Shown here: one piece after another, positions 52,401 to 64,000 of the stretch | Layout of the letters: each line of letters begins with the position of its first letter | Position numbering within the stretch: position 1 is the stretch's first letter | NCBI GenBank assembly: GCA_964016885.1 | Contig: OZ024740.1 | Coordinates: 201,996,001 to 202,060,000 of the forward strand | From: Eledone cirrhosa | Lineage: Eukaryota | DNA length: 64,000 bases | Direction: 5' to 3' | Notes under the pieces: model-generated | The model's input: only the letters and a program-made list of their open reading frames with translations | The model's database searches: none | Told to the model about the DNA's origin: nothing | Made by a program: the position numbers and the translations under genes

Positions 52401-54843
52401 ATACATACACTGTCTAATATATACACTGTCTAGTATACATACTGTCTATTATACACACACTGTCTAATATACACACTGTCTAACATACACTGCCTAATAT
52501 ACACACTGTCTCATATATATACTGTCTAATTTACACACTGTCTAATATACACACTGTCTAATATACACACTGTCTAATACACACACTGTCTAATATACAC
52601 ACTGTCTAATATACACACTGTCTAATATACACACTGTCCAATATATACAATGTATAATATACACACTGCCTAATATATACACTGTCTGATATACACACTG
52701 CCTAATATATACCCTGTCTAATATACACAATGTCTAATATACACACTGTCTAATATACACTGTCTAATATACACACTGTCTAATATATACACTGTCTAAT
52801 ATACACACTGTCTAATATATACACTGTCTAATATACACAAACTGTCTAATATGCACACTGTCTAATACATACACTGTCTAATATACACACTGTCTAATAT
52901 GCACACTGTCTAATATTCACTGTCTAATATACACACTGTCTAATATACACTGTCTAATATACACACTGTCTAATATACACACTGTCTAATACACACACTG
53001 TCTAATATACACACTGTCTAATATACACACTGTCTAATATACACACTGTCAAATATATACAACGTATAATATACACACTGCCTAATATATACACTGTCTG
53101 ATATACACACTGTCTAATATATACCCTGTCTAATATACACAATGTCTAATATACACACTGTCTAATATACACTGTCTAATATACACACTGTCTAATATAT
53201 ACACTGTCTAACATACACACTGTCTAATATATACACTGTCTAATATATACAGTGTTTAGTACACACGCTGTCTAATATACACACTGTCTAATATATACAC
53301 TGTCTAATATACACACTGTCTAATATACAAATGTCTAATATATACACTGACTAATATACATACTGTCTAATATACACACTGTCTAATATACACACTGTCT
53401 AATATATATACTGTCTAATATACACACTGTCTAATATGCACACTGTCTAATATTCACTGTCTAATATACACACTGTCTAATATACACTGTCTAATATACA
53501 CACTGTCTAATATACACACTGTCTAATATACACACTGTCTAATATACACACTGTCTGATATGCACTGTCTAATATACACACTGTCTAATATATACACTGT
53601 CTAATATACATACTGTCTAATATACACACTGTCTAATATACACATGTCTAATACACACACTGTCTAATATACACATTGTCTAATATATACACTGTCTAAT
53701 ATATACACTGTCTAATATACACACTGTCTAATACATACATTGTCTAATATACACACTGTCTAATTTACACACTGTCTAATATATACACTGCCTAATATAC
53801 ACTGTCTAATATAGACTATCTAATATACACACCGTCTAATATACACACTGTCTAATATATACACTGTCTAATATATACACTGTCTAGTATACACACTGTC
53901 TATTATACACACACTGTCTAATATACACACTGTCTAACATACACTGCCTAATATTCACACTGTCTCATATATATACTGTCTAATTTACACACTGTCTAAT
54001 ATACACACTGTCTAATATACACACTCTCTAATATACACACTGTCTAATACACACACTGTCTAATATACACACTGTCTAATATACACACTGTCTAATATAC
54101 ACACTGTCCAATATATACAATGTATAATATACACACTGCCTAATATATACACTGTCTGATATACACACCGTCTAATATATACCCTGTCTAATATACACAA
54201 TGTCTAATATACACACTGTCTAATATACACTGTCTAATATACACACTGTCTAATATATACACTGTCTAATATACACACTGTCTAATATATACACTGTCTA
54301 ATATACACAAACTGTCTAATATACACACTGTCTAATACATACACTGTCTAATATACACACTGTCTAATATGCACACTGTCTAATATTCACTGTCTAATAT
54401 ACACACTGTCTAATATACACTGTCTAATATACACACCGTCTAATATACACACTGTCTAATATACACGCTGTCTAATATACACACTGTCTAATATAGACAC
54501 TGTCTAATATACACACTTTCTAATATATACACTGTCTAATATATAGTGTCTAGTACACACGCTGTCTAATATACACACTGTCTAATATATACACTGTCTA
54601 ATATACACACTGACTAATATACACACTGTCTAATATACACACTGTCTAATATACACTGTCTAATATACACACTGTCTAATATACACACTGTCTAATATAC
54701 GCACTGTCTAATATACACACTGTCTAATATGCACACTGTCTAATATTCACTGTCTAATATACACACTGTCTAATATACACTGTCTAATATACACACTGTC
54801 TAATATACACACTGTCTAATATACGCACTGTCTAATATACACA
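43428..54843 (+). repeat. Satellite block C (about 11.4 kb)
   Basis: Same monomer and orientation as blocks A and B; variant strings such as 'tgtctagtacacacgctg' and 'tatataccctgtctaa' recur. Confidence 0.98.
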
Positions 54844-55659
54844 AACAATATCCAATTACTACACACATACAGTGCCTTAATACTGCTCAAGGATAGATAA
54901 ATCTTCCAGAATTACTTCTATTAGTCCACAACTTTATTTCCCTCGAGGATTAGCTTCCTATTTCCTTTTGTTAATCAGTTAATATTTTATTTTCATAAAA
55001 AATATATTTTACAAAAAGAAGTTATACAGTGATGGAAATATGACAAAGAAAGATAAAAACAAAATTAAGTATTGAAAAGAGGGGAAAGGTGTAAAGAAGG
55101 GCAGATTTGGCTGTAGAGGAAAGGATTATAAATGTCATAAATGAGGGGGGAAAGGCAAGGACTGTTAGGCCTTAGAAAAAGGGGAGATGGTGATGGGCCC
55201 TATGCCTAGAGTTGGTCAATGTTTCGGCTATACCCTGCGGACAAAACTTAAAGACATTTCAATTTTAGTGCCCCTTTTCTCCCTGTTTAATACACAAAAA
55301 TTAAAATTCACGGCAAACCGCTAAAATTCCATATCACATCTGCTTATTTCATGTAATTAGAATTAATAAATTATAACAAACGTTAAGTACAAAAAACTGA
55401 CCTGTAATATATAAATATTAAATGGAAATATACATAATACGTAAATGTTAAGTGTTTTACACAAATCTACTGAGAAGTTAGTGATTGGGCTACCAAGAGA
55501 ATTTAGAAAATATACTAAAAGCTTAGGTTAAAATATACCACATCCACCATAGAAAGATTAAATACATCTCTTAATGAAAAACTTTATCTAAACTATGTAC
55601 AGTAAGTTTTACCTATGTAGGCATCACTGTAATACCTTCAAAAAGCCTTTCTTTCTATA

Positions 55660-57131
55660 TTTGGTATCTGAAAAAATCCTTAATGTACTCATCAAACTGC
55701 ATCATCTTAAGAACACTGCAGAGAACAGTTAGTTTTTTGTGGGTCATTATGATTCTCAAGTAAATCTTTAAGAGTATATATTTACTGAATGATCTCTTTC
55801 TTGAACACCAACTAACTATCAAGCTCAAATAAATTATAAGAACTACATCAACACATGGAAAGGTATTAGAAATTCATTCATCATGGAGTAACACTGCCTG
55901 TTCAGATGGCCTAAGACATGACCTGAGTTTGGAAAAGGCTGCAAAATGGACAATTTCTTCCATCACCACATGACTAAACTCATAGGTGAAAGCAGTGATA
56001 AGTTTCTCAGTGTCATTCTTATCTCTACATCAGGTAAGCTACATAATTTTACTATGAATTTGAACATACACACTTAATTTATAAGCTAACCTAGATTTTT
56101 GTAAGGCAGCAGAGAACTGATCTAAAATGACATCACAGCAATAATAAGTCCTGTATCTGAGTTTTTCTTCTGGGGAAATGACAATTTCCTCTGAGTCTGA
56201 TGTTGGATTTGCATCATAATGTTTGTTTCACTTTCTTGGCCTGTTGTTGCTTTGTAGTCGGTTATACCTCACATGGTCTAGGTATTCGGTTCCAACTCTT
56301 GATCCCTATCCCTAAGAGATTTCAGAATCTTTTCCAGAGAACTAATTAGATCCACCACTCTATTCAGCTCAACTGCAATTCTTTGAAAATCTTTATTTAA
56401 ACTGTTGAACCATACAAAAATTAAGTTCCATATTTTGGTAATCAGAGCAGCTTCCCGACAGTCTATTTTGTTTGTCAATGTTTCTGTTTCATATCTTGCT
56501 TCAGGTGTTTGTTTCAAGTCACCTTCAATATCTTGAGGTATATTTTAAATGGAGTCGCACTCATCTATGACACTCATCAATATAAGCTCGCTCTTAGAGA
56601 CCAATGTGTGTCTGACAGAAACTTCACAGTTTGTGTGCTTTTCCTTCTTTTCAAAGACTTCATTAGATGTCCCCATCTGTGTTTTGATGCAGACAAAAGG
56701 GATATAACCCTTCATTGAAGCCCTAATAATTGACAGCTTCAGTACATCAAGAGACAGCAGCCTGTTCAACAAGATTTAATGAGTGAACAGACCATAGGGA
56801 TGAAATGAAAGCCACACATGGCTTTCATCTCTGAGTAGAGACCAGACATACTGCTGGAAATATTAAACTTATCTCTGCAGTCTTCAAGATTAATATCATC
56901 ATTTAAAAACTTTCTAACAGAGAGGTAGCTAATACTTCAGTCATGTGACAGCCAACCTGCAGGAAAGTAAAAATAAAACCTTTTGATCAGCTTCCCAGAA
57001 AGAAGATACCACACAATAACTGTTAACTGGTCAACATGATCTAGGCCTGCTGTCGAATCTATGGAAAGTGAGAAGTACCATATTTGATGATGAATAGTAC
57101 TCCCAAACATTTCAGCAGGGAATATTAACAA
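55660..57131 (-). pseudogene. hAT (Tip100/ZMYM1-like) transposase relic
   Basis: YFSLSIDST...DQLTVIVWY, SDTHWS, IWNLIF..FNSLNKDFQ, and FPCVDVVLIIYLSL...RSFSK (hAT C-terminal dimerisation motif), in collinear order with many stops. Confidence 0.8.
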
Positions 57132-57224
57132 AAAATATTAGTCTACCAGATATGAAAACATGGCATATAAGACATATGTGATACTTGTTAACTATTTTGG
57201 GGGAAACAAGGGATCATATATGCC

Positions 57225-57382
57225 ATCAAATATATTGTATTGATGTTGTATAGATATTGATACAATATTGAAACAAAGGCATACAACATCAAAACAATAT
57301 CAATACTATATTGAAACAATATCAATATAATATTGAAACAATATCAATACAATATAGAAACAATATTGATACAATATTGAAA
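57225..57382. repeat. Imperfect 11/22-bp minisatellite (AATATTGAAAC / AATATCAATAC)
   Basis: Repeated ACAATATTGAA / ACAATATCAAT units. Confidence 0.7.
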
Positions 57383-57569
57383 AAAGCTAAACCTTACACT
57401 AGAATTGACTAAAGACTCTGAGGGCTGGCGCTATGCAGTGCTGAAGAAGACTTTGCCTACATCATACAATGTGACCTGACCCTCCCCACTTCCAATAGCA
57501 CAGCCTAACAATTATTCTCAACATCAGTACTTCAATGCCCCGACTACACACACACAAATTCTTAGCAGC

Positions 57570-57960
57570 TGCTCCTCACCTGTGAAGTGGTTAGTGATAG
57601 GAAGGGCATCCAGCTGTAGAAAGCTTGCCAGACAAAGAATCAGGAGGACACTTCTGTCATGTCAAGGCATGACAGCCTCCCTACTGTTTGGTGATTTACA
57701 TGATAAATGTACCCAGCACATGCTGTAAAGTGGTTGGTGATAGGAAGGGCACCCAGCCTTAGAAATCTTGCCTAACAAAGGGTTGAGAGAACCCTCAGTT
57801 GTGTCAAAGGCATGACAACTTCTCTTGAGCACTTGGTGGAATGTAAGACCATACATAAGTGAGACACAGGTCTCTGTTGCTAGCAGGGAAAGCAGGCATT
57901 AGAATGATGATGGTGATATATATTATCATGGAAAATGGACGTTAAACGATGATGATGATG
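57570..57960 (+). mobile_element. SINE-like fragments (two tandem 'gtgataggaagggcatccagc' cores)
   Basis: Inverse of 7990-8110; ends in a (GAT)n tail. Confidence 0.55.
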
Positions 57961-58373
57961 ATATACATACTTATATATATACACACACATATATATATAC
58001 ATACATATAAATATACATACACACACGCACACATATATATATATGCATATATATATACACATTACATATATAGAGAGAGAGATACATATATATACATATA
58101 TGTGTGTGTAAATGCATAATCTATTGGAGAAATTTTGAATATTGAGAAAAATAAATGATTTTACCACACCACCACCACCCTCTACACAACCACCACCATC
58201 TACACTATCACCACAACCTCCACTACCACCAACACCACCATCTACTTCACCACCACCACCACCACCATCTACACCACCTGAAAATTTATCCATTTCATCC
58301 AAATATTGAAATTTTACCATATTTGTATAATATAAAGGCGAAGATTTAGAAAAATGTGAAATAAGAAACTGAC

Positions 58374-60687
<2,314 letters not shown>

Positions 60688-60737
60688 TATACACACACAC
60701 ACACACACACATACGCATATACACATACATACATACA

Positions 60738-60978
60738 GGTTTGGACATGTGATGCGCATGGACAATGACCGATGGGTGAAGAAATGCCAGTAAATCCCAG
60801 TGGAAGGAAGACGCAGTAGAGGACGACCAAGAAAGACATGTGCAGAGGTTGCGAAAGTGGACCTCAAATCGCTAAGACTCGCAGAGGAGATGACGAAGAA
60901 ACGCGACAAGTAGAGAGATGCTGTGCTGAGAAGGACCCGTCCAACCCATGCAGACGTAAAAACAATTATGATGATGAT
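60738..60978 (+). mobile_element. RTE LINE 3' end
   Basis: FGHVMRMDNDRWVKKC..VEGRRSRGRPRKT, ending in a (GAT)n tail. Confidence 0.75.
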
Positions 60979-61043
60979 ATATATATATAAATATATAAAC
61001 CTAATATAACTGTAATGTTGCCTCCTGTGTTTTGTTTTATTTC

Positions 61044-61099
<56 letters not shown>

Positions 61100-61101
61100 G
61101 A

Positions 61102-61151
<50 letters not shown>

Positions 61152-61154
61152 TAA

Positions 61155-61800
61155 ATGAACACTGGCGAGAGCTTCAAGATATAGTAAAGAATCATCTGTA
61201 CTCTACCAACATGCTAAAATAGAACATAAGGGTAAATTAGGGAACATAGAAATAAAAATAGAAATCTACACACAGAAAAGACGCAATGTTTAAACAAATC
61301 ACAGAGGCAATAAACATAAATGAATTACAACCAAAATTAAATAGAAAGCATGAATGGAATAGAAACATCACAACTTACAGTTAAGGACAAAATGAAAACA
61401 CACACACACATGGAACAAACAACCAACCACTAACATGTAAATAAACAAATAAATAAACAAATATAAACACACACAGACACCCGGGTGTAACACATGTGCA
61501 AACTAAGCACACAACACACACATAGGACAGAACAAAGGAGAGGCAAAGGAGAAGCAAAGAAAAGAATCCCAGTCACTGAAGAAGTCACAGAATGTGTGAC
61601 GAAAGAACTTTGACAATATATGAACAATCGTCTGGTTGTGGAACCAACCAACCAACCGGAAAAAAAATTTATAAATTCCTAAATTTATAATAAATTGAAG
61701 TGAAAGCAACTGGTGCGTGTTTCTTATTGGCAACTTGACCCTCCCAAAGTATAACAATATCGGTTTCAACACACGTTTTCAGATAAAGAATCTTGCTAAA
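61155..61800 (+). mobile_element. Penelope-like element 3' remnant (GIY-YIG C-terminus plus tail)
   Basis: [11 protein letters not shown]...ITEAININELQPKLNRKHEW resembles the 'EA..I....P.LN' end of PLE endonucleases; a hammerhead motif lies downstream. Confidence 0.6.
61572..61614 (+). ncRNA. Minimal type I hammerhead-ribozyme-like motif
   Basis: GTCA-CTGAAGA-A-GTCACA(GAATG)TGTGAC-GAAA-GAAC-TT-TGAC: 4-bp stem I, 6-bp stem II, intact core boxes. Confidence 0.6.
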
Positions 61801-61814
61801 CAAATTCAGAAACG

Positions 61815-61848
<34 letters not shown>

Positions 61849-61851
<3 letters not shown>

Positions 61852-61978
61852 TGGTTACACAACAGTTAGTTCACCATACCGAGAACAATTGTTTCACCTT
61901 CGCGGATCTTCAGCTCGGGATCCGCGAAGGTGACACAATTGTTCTCGGTATGGTGAACTAACTGTTGTGTAACCACTT
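61849..61978. repeat. 60-bp-arm near-perfect inverted repeat
   Basis: 61849-61908 is the reverse complement of 61919-61978 with one mismatch; 10-nt spacer. Confidence 0.95.
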
Positions 61979-62045
61979 CTACCTAACTCATCCCTTGGAC
62001 TGAGTGCTCTACCACTACGGATATTACCTTCCAGTGTTCCACCAC

Positions 62046-62077
<32 letters not shown>

Positions 62078-62121
62078 CGGGGTAACAAATTATTGTTATA
62101 GGTAGTCCATAACAATCGCAA

Positions 62122-62227
62122 GCTCTGATGAATTGACTGGTTATAACTTTGTATTGGTGATCGAGTAACGTGAAAATAAGCGGGTAGCGATCTCTAGACC
62201 TACCAGTTCAGAGAAACAATTGTCAGC
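62122..62227 (+). ncRNA. Hammerhead-ribozyme-like motif with extended stem II
   Basis: GCT-CTGATGA-aTTGACTGGT...ACCAGTTCAGa-GAAA-CAATTG-TC-AGC; palindromic stem III and a GUC cleavage triplet. Confidence 0.45.
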
Positions 62228-63689
62228 AATGAGATTAAAAACGTTTTTTGTATAGCAAACCGTGTCACTCTTCTTTCCTGATTTATATATATATATATGA
62301 AGTTCGTCTGCTCCATACAAAGCTTGGCCACTTCTTGCATTTTATGCCTGTTCCTTCTCTTGGCATAAAATCTCAAATAGCTTTTGAATCCTGAAAACCT
62401 GTGAAATAATACAATGATGTCTCATTTCGTTCTTGTTTCCACTTTAGGTTTGTTGTGTATTATCAGATATTGTTTCAAACTACCATCTGATTTGTAAATT
62501 TTCTGACAAACATGTCACTGGAACTGATTCTCTACAGCGAATTTTGAATAATCAACTTAGACTTTACCATCATGTATATATATATATATGTGTGTGTTAG
62601 ACTGTTTACTACTAATGGATAGAATCGGTGGTTCGAGCTGGTAAACGATGATGTAACAAATTAATTAAAACACTCAACGTTATGCAAGCCACCCATCGTA
62701 GATGTGGCATCCATTGGTTGCTGCAAGAACGGAGTTAAGTATTTATTAAAATAACAGAAGGCCGGACAGGAAAATTTACCCGATTATGATACGAGATTAG
62801 GCGATTTCATCAGGTGTTATTTGCAGAATTATGTAACAGAATTAAGTTGAACACAAGTATAGAATAAGAGATAGGAGATAGAAAAAAATAGAAGATAGAA
62901 AATAGAAAATTTGATTCAGAGACAGCCTGCCAATATGATGTTATATTGATATATATAGGGCTATGGCTATAACGTTCGAGTATTAACTCAAACGTGCACT
63001 CAATAAAAAAGTATAAGATTTATTTACTTTTCAAAGAAAAAGGTAGGAGTGACTTTAGACTTTCGACATTAATACTTTTACATATACTATTTTTAAATGA
63101 AAAGCTGCCACTATGCATATCAACTATAAAATAGTGGAATAAGCTGGGTAAAATACACCCGAAGACGGACACTGTTTATATAGAAAGAGGAACGATTACA
63201 TAGTTGCATAATTAATTAGAAAGTTAACTTATATGCAATATTCTTTCAGGCAACCCATATATAATTTACCCATGTATTTAAAGGAATTAAGCTCAGGCAT
63301 ATATTTTGAAACTGGATTACAAATATGTTTGGGTTTAACATTTCATCATTTTATTAAATCATTTTACTGTATGTCGTTGTTGTTTCTGTTATTCCATCTA
63401 CCATCATTTTCCCTATCGTCAGAAACACTGCTACCATGACCATTAGAAAAGTAAAAGGAGAGTATATTCCACTTTTCTGGTCTAACTTAAAACATTGTTT
63501 TAATGAGTCATACAAAGGTTAAACCCTCGGTGGTTCTCCTCTGTTGGCGAATTTTTCTTTTTGTTATCGTTTCTTGTTTTTTTGTTTGTTTGGTTTTTTT
63601 TTTTTTTTGGGGGGGGGTCACGCAGAAACCCGCACTGTACTGTCCTGTGCTGTCTTTGATGTATTTTTTGTCAACCCTTTGCGGTTCAC

Positions 63690-64000
63690 TTTTCCTATGA
63701 TATGCTTCCATCCTTTATAATGAGTCAGGGATAGCTGTTTACACTCGTATACGATGTCAGTCACAGTTTCGTCTCTCTCCCCACAGATCCCCCAGAGCGA
63801 GCTAGCCTCTTCCACCTCAATATAGTGTGTCATCCATTTCGTTCTAAGGGTTTGCTCCTGTGCAACCAGTAGCATTTTTCATTCAGGTTGTTCTTCCTCT
63901 TTGTTGTTACTTCTTTCTTGGACATCCCCTGGTCTATTGTCTCCTCTTTCAATACAGCCTTAAGCACTGACTCTAGTGAAACTGGAATGTCTTCAAGTGC
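63690..64000 (-). mobile_element. R4/Dong-like (RLE) non-LTR retrotransposon relic, runs off the window
   Basis: LLVAQEQTLRT...ICGERDETVTDIVYECKQLS...YK matches the 'AAQEQAL.T...C..C....ET..HI...C..LA...Y' knuckle of RLE elements. Confidence 0.65.

Noticed and set aside
31458-54843. CRISPR-like array or telomeric repeat
   Set aside because: Monomers are contiguous without unique spacers, the context is eukaryotic, and the repeat is not G-rich telomeric; it is a satellite.
55190-55240. TIR of the hAT relic (GGCTATACCCTG)
   Set aside because: Its orientation points away from the transposase, and no partner end or TSD was found.

Overview
AT-rich, microsatellite- and SINE-laden animal DNA. The tRNA-derived SINE types and repeat landscape look like an octopus or other cephalopod genome; this is an inference and was not verified. 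No host protein-coding exon could be supported. The core of the window (about 12-55 kb) is a strand-uniform 14/16-bp satellite (TGTCTAATATACACAC, about 19 kb in three blocks). It has been colonised by a cluster of L1/Tx1-type non-LTR retrotransposons: ORF1 with a CCHC knuckle, and ORF2 with an APE endonuclease, a YADD reverse transcriptase and a C-terminal Cys/His finger. All copies are now disrupted. Five of six 3' ends abut (T)ATCT, and full-length copies are preceded by (TATC)n. One copy nested antisense inside another has a 9-bp TSD (TATCTTTAT) plus extra TATC repeats at its 5' end. This suggests a TATC/GATA-targeting family that carries and re-seeds its own target, building head-to-tail arrays. 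The elements also keep splice-donor consensus sites near the 5' end and exactly at the ORF1 stop, and have covarying UTR hairpins. The flanks hold piggyBac-like and Tc1-like MITEs, RTE, hAT and R4-like relics, and Penelope-type remnants with three hammerhead-ribozyme-like motifs.
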